This document shows, piece by piece, positions 1-12,165 of a DNA stretch of 64,000 bases. Source of the DNA: Octopus sinensis (Eukaryota). The notes under the pieces are model-generated. The model was not told the origin of the DNA. It saw nothing but the letters and a program-made list of their open reading frames with translations, and made no database searches. Position 1 is the first letter of the stretch. Every line of letters starts with the position of its first letter. The DNA lies in NCBI RefSeq assembly GCF_006345805.1, contig NC_042999.1:148056001-148120000 (forward strand), in the 5' to 3' direction. The translations under genes were made by a program, and so were the position numbers.

Positions 1-14
1 ACTCTGAGAGTGTA

Positions 15-110
15 GTGGGTGCTTTTTACGTGCCACCTGCACAGGTGCCAGACAGAGCTGGAAAACGGCCACGAACGGATGGTGCTTTTTATGTGCCACC
101 AGCAGAGGGC
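15..110. repeat. Dispersed repeat fragment with a duplicated GGTGCTTTTTA(C/T)GTGCCACC motif
   Basis: The motif occurs twice (about 18-37 and 80-99). It resembles an abundant octopus repeat I recognise but cannot name. Confidence 0.5.
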
Positions 111-886
111 CAAACAATAATGAAATCTTTTAAAAGCATGTTACTAACTTTATTGCGAAAAGTTTTTTTTTTAGTGTGTGGGTGTTTTCGTTTAACCTTT
201 TCAAACTGTTACAGCAAGGATTTTACATAAAGAATGGGTAAAAAAGATGAGTGAAGAAAAGAGGGAGAAAAAGAAAGAGAAAGACAGAGAGTTAAAGAAG
301 AGAGGGTGAATGAGAAATGAAAGGGAAAGTGAAAAATGCTTAGTTTGAAACTTAAGGAATTTCAATACTTGCCAGGAAAGAAGGGTGCTTTAGATACATC
401 ATTAGGTACATGGAAAAATTGGTGCCCGAGTCTATAACCGCATATGTAATTTGAGTTAAAATTACAGGAAATGGAGTTTTTAGCTAAAGAAATAGATAAA
501 TAAAAATTAAAATGAAATCAATCAATCAGTTTATGCATTATAATTATGAACATTTTTCTCATTATCATCATCAGTGTTATCGTGTACAGCATCATTATCT
601 ACATTTGCTGTAATCGAAATCATTGGCATCATCAATAATATTATCAGCATCATCATAACCGTTATCGTCATCACCATTGCCTTCGTCATCGTAAGCGTCA
701 CCGTACTTTTTATTGTGCTCATTATCAAGGGATTTAATGCCCTTCCCAACGCATATCGTTATATAACTGGAAGAGAATCCCGCATATAAGATTTTCTATA
801 AATAGTATCAGTAGAAAATTCGACAACATTCATATTAACACATTAGCGCAGTTGTATTTTCAATACGCGGAGAAATAAAAAAGAAA

Positions 887-887
887 A

Positions 888-927
<40 letters not shown>

Positions 928-1342
928 TATATACATATATATATATATACAGACATACATACATACATACATACATACATACATACATACATACATACAT
1001 ACATACATGCATACATGCATGCATGCATACATACATACATACATACATTTGTATATATGTATAACATATATACCAAGTGTGGCGTCATATACAGGACAGT
1101 GTTACTGACAGTTATAGTCCCAGGAAGACATATCTTCCAGTTGGCTAACAACACACATTCTGAGTCCGATTAGTATTTGCAAGGGGAGGTCATCGCTCCT
1201 TATCTCTAGCCTTACGTGATACACACGTACTCGAGTTTCTGGTTGGTTACCCGTCCTCAGCGTGTGTTCATCACCGGCTAGTGAGGATAACTCATTCCAC
1301 TCGCAAAATATTATGTTTTTTGCAGTGACAAATTAATGCTGA

Positions 1343-1395
<53 letters not shown>

Positions 1396-1522
1396 AGTAA
1401 TGCTTATATGCCAACATAACGTGGCAGTCCTGTAAAGGACGATGTCACTGTTGTTTTAGCCCCAGTGATTTAAGACATGTATATATATATATGTGTGCCT
1501 GTATGTATATATATATATATAC

Positions 1523-1563
<41 letters not shown>

Positions 1564-1654
1564 TATATCATATATATATATATATATATATAATATATAT
1601 ATATGTTTTACCATATATACATAATATATATATATACATACATATATATGTGCG

Positions 1655-1710
<56 letters not shown>
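887..1710. repeat. Compound microsatellite cluster: (TA)n, (ATAC)n, (TC)n, (TG)n
   Basis: Direct inspection; tracts at about 887-1066 and 1342-1710. Confidence 0.95.
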
Positions 1711-1712
<2 letters not shown>

Positions 1713-2393
1713 AAAAACATATTAAAAGACGTGTATTTATGTGTCTTTCTAAACCGAATCCGCTATCACCTTTAATATACCCAAACTACCAACAGCGCTT
1801 CAATTGTTTGTCTTTCTACTTTCGATATCATCTGACTTCACTCTTTAATGTCATCGTCCTTAGACAATTACATAATCGCAACTTTTCTTGTCTCAGCTCC
1901 ACATCGCATACTAATGCTATGGATGCAGAGACCGAATCAATTCCTATCCTCTGCCATCTACATCAACTAATCCCGTCACCAATACATATCTGTCATCGAT
2001 ATACTCGTATTATATGCATCCTTGATTTCTTATTAATATCCGGACTCAAACATGACCAACCTCTTGTCATTTCTTCAATCATTAGATTGTTCAAACATTA
2101 CCTGATGATTAAGCAACACGCATCTCATATTTGCAACGTCCCTTACGCTTCCTGACCTTGGTCAGAGAATGTGATTTGTATATTAAGAAAAGATCATTGC
2201 TAAAACGTTTTGGCAAACCCGGCTCTCTCGAACTTATTGCCAATAGACTAATGTGAAGAAATGTCAGTGTTATATCTTCGTTTCTCAGTCACAGTTGTCA
2301 GCTGGGAGTAAAATTTTTGTTTTAAGGTGATAACATTTAAATAGAAATTACGGCTATCATATCGAAGAAAGAAGAAAATAAATGGAGACTTAC

Positions 2394-2501
2394 AGCAATC
2401 CTTTTCATCGCTATCGTCACTGCAATCACTGACTTTGTCACATACTTTAGATGCATTGAAACAATATTCATTCTTACATTTGATTGTTCCCGGTGGACAT
2501 A
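2394..2501 (-). CDS. Host gene exon F: LDL-receptor class A repeat
   Basis: Acceptor tgtttacag|TA, donor GCT|gtaagt; 108 nt, phase 1-1. Translates CPPGTIKCKNEYCFNASKVCDKVSDCSDDSDEKDC: six Cys plus the acidic DCxDxSDE motif. Confidence 0.95.
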
Positions 2502-4191
2502 CTGTAAACACAAGGAAAAACAAATTTAAAAACACGTTATTAAAATCCTGAAATTGAAACAGACTATTACTTGATCACTTCGATGTTCTAAGAAACGAAA
2601 TAATTAATCAGGTAACATGTAATCTGTGCCATAATTAGCTATGAATGTCTTTATAGCGAAATACATTCACTAATAATCTTTTTCATGGACAAGGACGGAG
2701 AATCATAGGAGGGGATGAGAGAGTGAATGCTTTCATAAGAACGTGAGAATGGAGTTTGCAGGTGGAGTTGGAAGTTAGTATTGTGAGTGAGGAATAAGGT
2801 TGGTGTGCAGATGATGGGAAATATGAGTATGTAGAAGAGTAAAGTGGTTCAAGAAGGAATATAGAGCATCAATTCGTAGAACGATGTGCAAAGTGTAGGA
2901 ACTGTAGAGAGGGAGGGATAGGGAGAGATAAGGGGCAATAGTAGGTGGGTCATGACGGTAAATATGAGAAGGAATTGAGAATGTGGTCGGATAAGAGAAG
3001 TGTTTGGAATGGAGTATAGCAGAAACACTGAAGGCGCAGAAAGGATGTGATTGATTGAAATAGTGTGAGCAGATATTATAAGGAATGAAAATAGTTCTGT
3101 GGGAAGGGAGCGCATTTGGGAGCCTATGGGATGTAAAATATGCGATATTCGCCACAGTTGGGTACAGCATGGATGGAAGTGGAGAGGAAAGCTTAGCGTG
3201 TCAGGAAGACAGGAAAGGGGATACGACATCAACCGTACTTGCGTATCTGGGTGGTTTTAGGATATTATTTACGACTGTGTCATAAAGCAATTTTCTTCGG
3301 GTTCAGAATATAATTTTTCTCTATAAGCCCCAAGGAAGATTCACAACAAACTGCTGATGACGTATTTGGGACATTACTGTTGCTACTACAGATATTCGAT
3401 CTAGTTCCAGCATTAATTTGCCTTTTTGTCATTTCCTCACCCATTTTATACATACAGATATTGGCAAAAATTGTAGATCACATTCCTAGAAAAATAACTA
3501 CTCATTCCTATCCTTACTCTCTCTTGACTCGCTTCTCAACTGATATTTCATCAGCTGCCGTTCCCCTAAACTATCTGCCAACCTCTTCCCTTTTTTTCAA
3601 CCTATTTTGCTTCATTCTGCTGATCTTTTGCTAACTTGTTCTTCTTCAGACATCTCATTATTTTCTACAGACGTCAAATTACGGTGCTTCAAGCAGAAAT
3701 AGCCTCCGTCATTCTCACCAATCTGGTATCATTTTGTCCTACAAACTAATACAGACTGTAAGGTTGAAAACTGAAATATGACAACTATCTGTCTCGACCT
3801 AACCATGGTAAGATGATTTCGTACACTGTTTAGGTATATTTTCTTCTACTAAGAGGGTGAAATACTATTCTGTTAGTATGAAATTTAGAAGAGATGTATG
3901 TGTAGCAGTGCCCATGATTTTGTTCAGGTTCTCTCACACTATTGAGATTGATGTAGCTACTTAATAGTTTGGCAATCTGTAGGTAGGAAGAAGTTACGCA
4001 GGAAGAATTCCAAAGAATTATATTTCTTGAACGTATGAGACGATGCGTTTAATGTGGAGTCCAGAAGAAGAAACAGTATAATTTCCATCGGAAGGGAATG
4101 GCTAGACTTGAATTGAGAAGATATGTAACTAGTATGGAGAAAGCTTATCAAGTCGAGCCAAAGACACAAAGAATCATAACCGCGACAACTG

Positions 4192-4227
<36 letters not shown>

Positions 4228-4299
4228 GTCATCCTATAAATAATGCAGTTTGTTTATACTTCTTTTAGTTTTCAAAATTAAGATAAACACAGTTCTTTT

Positions 4300-4929
4300 T
4301 TAATCCAAAATATACTCTTCATTTTGTACAATGCTCTTCCGCCTGTCTGGTAGACTAGCAACGCCCCTCTTCCAAATTTCACTTGTTCGTGACGAAAAAT
4401 ACTCCTCTTGTATTGTTCTGATTTCGTCTACAGAAGTCATATTTTTTCCCTCCAAATTATTTTGACGACTGCGGAATAAATGATAATCAGATGGGGCATT
4501 GTCCGGTGAATATGGTGGGTCTTTGGAATGTCATCCTCTCTGTATATGGCCGAGTATTATCCTGATGGAAGAGCACATTTCGTCTTGAAACTGAAGAAGG
4601 TCGTTTTTCTTTTAGTGCATGTGTCAATGAATGGTTGAATGACCAAATCCACGCTTCTCTGCTAGTTCCTCAACAGTTACGATAGGATTTTGCTCCATCA
4701 GGGTTTGCAGGACGTCCCCGTCGATCTCTGAAGATCTTCCAGGACGAGGCTCGTCTTCTAGGCTGTAGTTTCCGGCTCGAAATTTCTGGAACAATTATTG
4801 ACACTGACGTACGCTTACTGTCCGATCCCCATATACTGCATTAATATTCTTCGCCCTTTCCTTCGCCTTGTTGGCTTCATTGAACTCATAAAGCAATTTA
4901 TGCTGAATGTACTCCTTTGTCACTCCCAT
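4300..4929 (-). pseudogene. Mariner transposase remnant
   Basis: N-terminus MGVTKEYIQHKLLYEF...FQKFRAGNYSLEDEPRPGRS (HTH region). An internal deletion follows, then VLFHQDN...APSDYHLFRS...YILD*. Contains stops and frameshifts. Confidence 0.9.
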
Positions 4930-4983
4930 TACAGCTTTGTTAAAATTGAACTGCTCTCTTCAAAACTTGCACTAAGAATAAAA

Positions 4984-7900
4984 TTGATTTTTTTATTTCC
5001 CACCAGGGGGACAATATAGAATGGGACAGCACAATCTGATTGAAGGATCAGATTAACGAATGATATTTATACAAAGATGAATTTAAAGAATTTTTTAACA
5101 AATATAAAAACGGATGATAACACAGACCGGAAGACATTACGGATGGAGTGGGGAGGCGGGCTCAACTCTGACTCCACGATCCCCTCTTCACCACTGATGC
5201 CTGAGACTCGCCTTGCGTATCATTCACGAGGTACCAATCATACGCGATATTCTGTTTCTTTATTGCCCATAGAGGGGACAAACAAGGACAGACAAATGGA
5301 TTAAGTCGATTACATCGACCCCAGTGCGTAACTGGTACTTAATTTATCGACCCCGAAAGGATGAAAGGCAAAGTCGACCTCGGCGGAATTTGAACTCAGA
5401 ACGCAACGACAGACGCAATACCGCTAAGCATTTCGCCCGGTGTGCTAACGTTTCTGCCAGCTCGCTGCGATATTCGTGCAACATCCATCCATCGATTGTC
5501 AAACATTTTCGCAGTCAGGCATTTTCTCTCTAGCCCTATTTTCCTCTTCGGGTGAAAGGTGAAATAATTCACCAATTCAAGGCCAGAGATGAAGATGCCT
5601 GACTTCAAACCTTTCTGTCCCCTCTTCCAAATCGCCTCTCTCGCAATTGCTACTACAATGAGAAAATAATTCTTACCTTCTTTCGGGTCAATTTTTACAA
5701 CTGATTCAGTTGATAGCTGTACTTTTCCTGCACTTGACAACAAATGTTCAGCAAAAACCCACACGTCCGACACCTGCGAACACTGAACAATAGCGTGTGG
5801 GACGGTTTCCCTATCCCGCTTGAATCTTGGATAGGGCCGTGGCTACGATGCCCATAGCCACCATGCCGGTAAGGCTCCGCGGTAACACTGCTATGCCAGA
5901 GTCTTCTGAAAGTTGTCCAGGGTCTTCGGCCCGAATGTACATTGGAACAGATTGGCCAGTTGATTATCGTCGAGACTTAGTGTTTCCCCTAAGGTATCGT
6001 CACATTCCGCCTCTACTAGCCCTCTATAAAAGAATGCGGTGGAACCACCACCACAGGCATTGCCACCACCACAGGCATTGCCCGAGCGACGGAATAGCAG
6101 GAGTGCCTTTCGACACTCCGTAAACCATATACCCAACTTTGATCTACGATAGAACCAGGTTTCCTGTCCACCGAAACTAGTGAACTTGGGAAACATCCAT
6201 TTCGCCAGTGAAGACCACATCCGTTCACCACCCAGGTAGAGCCACAGATGCCTCAACCTCAGCGCATGTCTGCGCATCCCTAGCCCACCCTTTAACGCTT
6301 GTTGGAAGAAAATAGAGCGTCTCACAAGCGGTTTCGAGCCCTTTCACAAGAAGTGGAAAGGCAGTCTTTCCAGCTTGATCAACCACGAATATGGGCATGG
6401 AACGATGGTTAGGCGGTAGGTGATGACCGATGCGATGAACACATTGGCTACATCCGCCCTCCCTTTCAAGGCAAAACCACCGCCAAGACCAGGTCTTGAC
6501 TATGTGGATCACCCTGATCGATACGTTGGCCCACTTCTCTATTTGGAGGTCTGGCCCGAACCAAACTCCAAGCAACTTAATCGAACCCTCCGTCCAACGC
6601 CTCATGATGCTGTCGGGAGGCATCGACTTGCCTCTCCAGGTGCCGAGCTGCAAGCCGACTGACTTTTCACGATTAACTTTTTCTCCTGCCACCGTCTCGT
6701 AAACCTTAATGGCCTTGACTACCCTCTGTAAGGTGATCCATTTCGGTTACGGTGATGGTGATGTCATCCGCGTGAGCTGAAACCGACTTTCCACAACCTG
6801 GCTGTTTCGGGATGCCGCTATTTTTTCGTAGTAATGGATCAAGAGCCATTGCGTACCAAAGCGGGGAGAGTGGACACCCTTGACGAATTGAGTGTTTGGT
6901 GTTGAATGGCTTCTTATGGAAGCCGTTCATCCGAACTACCGAGTCGATGTTGTCATGAATCTGAATGATCCACCTGAGGAAGCCAAGACCCAGGCTGAAC
7001 TGCGCCAGAACGGACACCAGGTATCGAAGGTCAACCCTATCGAATGCTTTTGATTGGTCTAAACGGACTAGTGCCCCACCCTTGGCAGAATCACTATTAA
7101 ACCCCTCTAAAGTGTACCGTATAAGATAGAGATTGTCCTGGATAGTTCTGCCGGGAAAGGAACATGTCTGCGCATCCCCGATCAGACCATCCGCGACACG
7201 CGCCAATCTTTCCAATAACACTTTGGCCAAAATCTTCAACTCTGCGTTTGGCAGAGTGATGGGCCGAAAATTATCAACGGAATCCCCAATGTCCGGGTCC
7301 TTTCTGACAATCATCACCACTCCCCGGCGCACAGATATGGGAATAAACCCGTTATGTTGCCAGTTCGCGTAGACATTCGCCAACAAGTGCCCGAACATGT
7401 ATGGCATACTCTTATACAATTTATAGGGTAGACCATCCAGTCCTGGTGCCCTACCCGCGCCGCAGTCTGCCATAGCCTCAATTACCTCCCCAGGCGTGAT
7501 CAGCCCTTCACAGCATTCCACGTCCCGATCCGAGAGATGTGTCAGGCTGGCAAGGAAGTCCATTAGGTCCCTTCTACTATCCGGTTCGTCGCCCCCACCG
7601 AAAAGCTGGGCGAAGTGCTCGTTTATCAACTTACCATGTTGGTTTCACAAAGATCGGATTGTGGCTTCATTACTACAATGGGCTTCCACCACTCGGGCCC
7701 ATCCTGCGGCCTTGATTCCCTCACAACCCACTTCACGAAGTCTAGCCCTGACAATGCAACGCAGTGATTAGCATCGAGGTGCTTCGAGCTTGACACCAGG
7801 CCACGCACATTTAAAGAACCTACATGAATGTTCGACATTGCTTACATTTTCATCCGTGATTCGAGGTTCCTTCGACCTCATTTTCTGTTTCTTTCTCCTT

Positions 7901-9369
7901 TTCCCGGGCTCGTGGGGTATTTGGACGTAGGCCCTCGTAAATATATGGAGAAAAGAATTTGTACACTATCCGTCCGTAATCCTTCCGGCCGATTTCATAA
8001 ATAAAGAAGTCTTTTGATGAGGTCTTTTTGACACGTTTGGCAGATGAAATAGCTACCAAACGGTTAATGAGTCTCTTGTTTGATGCCTTAATGACCATAT
8101 ACGTATTTTCTTTTTCTTTCTCTTCTTTTTTAATTTAAGTTTAGTAGGGGCGGTCTGTGTTTTTTCTTCTTTTTTTTTGAAAACAGTCGACCACCCTTCC
8201 TCTCTGCCTTTATCTTTGCTCTCTTCTGTTGATATTGGTGTTGAATCTTCTTTCGGTGTTGGTGTTGATGTTTCAGTTGTTGTTTCTTCTATTTCTTCTT
8301 GTTCTTTTTGTTTTGATTTGCACTCCGACCTTATGTGGCCCTTTAAACCGCAGTTAAAGCACCTTGGTTTTCTTCCTTCTACAAATACTATTAATCTTCC
8401 TTTTCCGCCGACATTTTTAATTTCTGCTATCTCTTCAAGGGTTGGGACTTCTGCTTGTATTAACATTGTCAAGTAATGCCCCTTCCAGTTTTCTTCCTTT
8501 TCTACTGAGGCCTGGGGAATAGTTAGTTTTTCTTCCAGGCCCATGGTAATAGCTGCCACTAAACAGGTAGCATCGGCTTCCGGAAGGATGTTCTTGATTT
8601 TCACTTTTGATGTTCTTCTTCCCATATATACGGGAAGAAGTACCACTTTCTCCGTTCTTAGGGTTTCCGAGGAGTACTGCTTGGTTACATCACCTAACTT
8701 AAACCTCACTTCAACTGTTCCGAATCTTTTGCCACGGTTAATATATCTGTTATCGGACCAAATAAGTCTGAGACATTTCTCCACTATTTTCTCCTCGGTT
8801 CTGTATATCCTTTGTTTTTCGCTATGTTGAAAGTTTTATACAAAATTCTTCTCCTGTTGACTGGTCTGTTGTTTCTTCCGGAGGGGCCACTTGAATTTCA
8901 GTCCCCTCCTTTTTTAGCATTGACATGAATCTTTCCAGGTTACTTTTCTCAGTGTTTATCGGAGTTTCCTTTCTTCCCGCTACCTCGGCGAACTATTTTG
9001 GTGACACCGCCGGTGATTCTTCCTTTTCACCTGTTACAAAAACGGGCATATTCATAATTAGTCTATCAGGTGAGTCCATTGAACTCATTGGCGACTCCAT
9101 GATGATTTTTTTTTTAACAAAACGCAATTTACGGCATAACACCGAACACAGAAAAATTTGGGCTTACGCCCCACGGAAGTGGTTCAAAGCCACACAGTTC
9201 AACAATAATTCCGCCACAGCAGGTGGGAATTGAAAACGAGCTGCTTCAACGAAGCAATAAACAGTTTTTCAACAAAAAACACCCGCAAAAACAACAGCAT
9301 CTCACCGTAACAATACAAGAATTCAACAAATGACACAGGAAACACTGGATAAACGTTCAACAACTAGAG
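4984..9369 (-). mobile_element. Tx1/L1-clade non-LTR retrotransposon with 5' UTR, ORF1, ORF2 lacking most of the APE domain, and A-rich tail
   Basis: ORF1 (about 9100-7850) has a CCHC knuckle, CFNCGLKGHIRSEC. ORF2 starts MSNIHVGSLNVRGL at 7838. RT motifs: APGLDG, NFRPITL, LDQSKAFDRVD, IRQGCPLSP, HADDITI. C-terminal ETVPHAIVQC. Tail GGGAAATAAAAAAA. Identical 14-bp ACTTGCACTAAGAA at 4965-4978 and 9370-9383. Confidence 0.92.
5253..5466 (-). mobile_element. tRNA-derived SINE inserted in the end of Tx1 ORF2
   Basis: A-box-like GAGCTGGCAGAA and B-box GAGTTCAAATTCC. 9-bp TSD GCGATATTC at 5244-5252 and 5467-5475. Same family as the copies at 18.5, 26.9, 27.1, 43.4 and 47.5 kb. Confidence 0.92.
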
Positions 9370-9570
9370 ACTTGCACTAAGAAATTAAAACAAGGTAAAA
9401 TTACTACCTGTTTTTATAGCAAGTTTATGCCGGTAATTTATCCCGCCAACTCCGACTTTTAGATCATGCAATTGAAAAAAACGCATTATTTATGGGATGA
9501 CATACTGGCCATTGATAATACACACACACACACACACATACATACATACATACATACATACATACATACA

Positions 9571-9603
<33 letters not shown>

Positions 9604-10043
9604 GGAATTTGATATGGATATATATATTTGGGTTACGTATATGCATTCATGATATTGCATATGCTTTTCTGTAGGTATATATAAATATTTGATTTATTTC
9701 CTCTGTATTCTCTGCTGACGAAGGAGTAACAAATGGGGTAATCCAGAAATTGGCTGATCTAGGGATAACTCAATTTTATGAATTTCCGTTAGCTTGCTCT
9801 CTCACTTTTCGACACGTGTAGTAGCAATATTGATGATATTTAATGCGATTCGATGATTTAGCGTCTCCTTTCAGCATATAGGCAAGAATTTTCTATGCCC
9901 TAATTATAATTGGATTTATGATCTATCCTTAATAGATCTATTTTCTTTAAAAAAATTTAAATTTTATCCTTTCATATTACATATATATAACGTTTTCAAG
10001 CCTGATGCTTATTCTATCGGTATATTGGGTCGAACAGCTAATT

Positions 10044-10143
10044 NNNNNNNNNNNNNNNNNNNNNNNNNNNNNNNNNNNNNNNNNNNNNNNNNNNNNNNNN
10101 NNNNNNNNNNNNNNNNNNNNNNNNNNNNNNNNNNNNNNNNNNN
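10044..10143. other. Assembly gap (100 N)
   Basis: Run of exactly 100 N; the true length is unknown. Confidence 1.
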
Positions 10144-10204
10144 CAGAAGCTAGTCGTATATGAGTATGTGTATCTGTGTGTGTCTCTATGTGTGTGTGTG
10201 TGCA

Positions 10205-10345
10205 TGTCTGTGTTTGTACCCCCATCACCGCTTAACAACCGGTGCTGGTATGTTTTTGCCCTGGTAACATAGCAGTTCGGCAAAAAGAAACGGATAGAGT
10301 AAGTGACAGGCTTTAAAAAATAAATCATGAGGTCGATTTCTGCGA
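10205..10345 (+). mobile_element. SINE fragment (second family, 3' half)
   Basis: Similar to the reverse complement of the 40921-41336 SINE (GTTCGGCAAAA...GATAGAGTAAG...GGTCGATTT). Confidence 0.7.
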
Positions 10346-10400
10346 CTAAATCCCTTCAAACATAGCGATAGTCAAATGACTGAGACATGTAAAAGAATAC

Positions 10401-10450
<50 letters not shown>

Positions 10451-10489
10451 TGTGCGCGTGTGTGTGTGTGTGTATGTATATATATATAT

Positions 10490-11177
10490 AAGGAACTCAG
10501 ACATCCCAAATTAAACAAAAATCTACAACCAAAAGCCCCACCATACATGTCCACATACAACCCTCTCAACAATGAAGCCTTCGACACCATCCTCCAAAAC
10601 ATACCCCTGCTAAAAAAGGACCACCGAATGAACTTAATCCTCCAAACACACACCATCATAAAAACCAAGAGACAGCCCAAATCTATGAAAAGTCTCCTAA
10701 CACAAGCCCGAATATGCTCAATAACACAGAAGCCATCAGTAAAAAAATGTGGAAGACCCAATAGTGGGATATGCGATTATCTAATTTAGGGATCAGAGTT
10801 CTCTTTCAAACAGGGACAACGTTTCACAGTGGAAAGCAACTTCACATGTGCCTCGGAGAACCTGATATACACACTAACCTGCTCTGGGTGTCAAGAGCAA
10901 TACATAGGCCAAACAAAAATCAGTCTATGTAAAAGAATGGCCCTGCACAGATCCCAGATAAAAATTCCCCAAAATAGAAAAATAGCATTCAGCCAACACA
11001 TAGACATTTGCGCCAATAACAAAAATCCAAGCTTTAGAATTTTTCCCCTCTACCAATTCAGGGATGATACAACCTAGAGCCAACGAATTAGTAAAGAGAC
11101 TCTCTTTATTACAAAATACAGGCCCCTTCGGAACGCGTCTACGACAAACGACATATCCACCACGGTCTTAGAATAAC
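10490..11177 (+). mobile_element. Penelope-like element 3' fragment (GIY-YIG endonuclease)
   Basis: KRQPKS...CGRPNSGICDYL...NFTCASENLIYTLTCSGCQEQYIGQTK...HRSQI...KETLFITKYRP. In-frame TAG at 10787 and 11075. Confidence 0.9.
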
Positions 11178-11887
11178 ACAAACACACACGCAAATATTAA
11201 AAATGATACACTCAAGAGATTCTCAGGATCTTTTCTATTCTGAAGCCAGTTTTTTCAAATTTTTCCTACTGAACCAAACAATTTGAAACTTCGTATACTG
11301 GTAGAATGTGTCAAAAGTAAACTTAATTGTAAACCAGAATGAAAACGGAATTGTAACTTCTAAGTTTAACGTTGTTTAATAATTAGAATTTTAACCAATG
11401 ATATTCCGTCATTCGGCTTTATTTTATTTACTCCGTCTCGGACCACCAATTTCGTGACGTATTAAACATCTTAAATGTAAACAAGCTATAGTCAGCCACC
11501 TTCTAATAACAAAAGTTTGTCTTTGAAGTTACCGTCTAGGGGAAGCATTGATGTACATGTGTGTGTGTGTGTGTGTTTTTGATGGGGTGGGAGACAGTAT
11601 GTTGTGTAAGTGAAGTGCTTCTGTTAGTGTGTGTGAAGAGACAGAGAGAGTAATGTGTGAAAGAGAGAGATAACTGAAATTTTTTACTCGGTGTATGTGT
11701 ATATGCCTGAATGTATGTGTGTATGTATCTGTGTATGTGTATGTATGTATGTATGGCCGATTCAATGTAATTTTTTTACACATACATACACACACACACA
11801 TGCAGACATACACACACACATGCAGACATACATATACACATACACCGAGTAAAAATTATATATATATATATATATAATATATATATT

Positions 11888-12165
11888 AATTTATAAAAAT
11901 ATGGTAAAGTAAAAAATTACTTAACCACACACCGACCGAGCTTTTTAGAAATAGCAGCCAAAAATTTCTCAACTGCAAGAAAAAGTCTCCCAGACAATGC
12001 ATACTCAGAAATAATTCACATACGTATAAGAAAAAACAACGAAAAATCACATGGATTCTCCGATATATGTTATAAAAATATGGATTCTCCGATATAATTT
12101 ATAAAAATATGGTAAAGTAAAAAAATTACTTTACCACACACAAAGCTTTTTAGAATAGCAACGTC
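11888..12165. repeat. Short partial tandem duplications (TTATAAAAATATGGTAAAGTAAAAAA... x2; ATGGATTCTCCGATAT x2)
   Basis: Direct repeats are visible. The surrounding sequence resembles Penelope terminal-repeat sequence (inference). Confidence 0.6.

Larger units (their letters stand above)
4224..9504 (-). mobile_element. Mariner DNA transposon, internally deleted and split by a Tx1 LINE
   Basis: Matching TIRs ...GTCATCC(T/C)ATAAATAATGC at about 4224-4250 and, inverted, about 9480-9504. Transposase remnant at 4300-4929. Confidence 0.88.

Noticed and set aside
835-1154. MYVC/YI/HT-repeat ORFs here and at 9.5, 11.6, 13.8, 27.6, 30-32, 42.6 and 51.8 kb
   Set aside because: These are translations of (TA)n, (CA)n and (ATAC)n microsatellites.
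1110-1200. Weak similarity to about 52120-52200 (CCC.GGAAGA...TCCAG.TGG)
   Set aside because: Probably a dispersed repeat, but too short and diverged to call without alignment.
1739-2155. 138-aa plus-strand ORF
   Set aside because: No recognisable motif; it may be the antisense of a very decayed LINE, but I could not align it convincingly.
2680-3290. Purine-rich block with overlapping minus-strand ORFs (131 and 127 aa)
   Set aside because: The ORFs reflect composition (Pro/Ser/His/Leu-rich); no domain or splice sites. It may be an old LINE remnant but cannot be assigned.
5380-5466. tRNA gene-like A and B boxes here and in other copies
   Set aside because: These are SINE heads with no complete cloverleaf; they continue into SINE body sequence.
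9714-9760. CTGACGA...GAAA hammerhead-like motif
   Set aside because: Stem II is mismatched and there is no UH triplet or stem I partner; at most a decayed relic.
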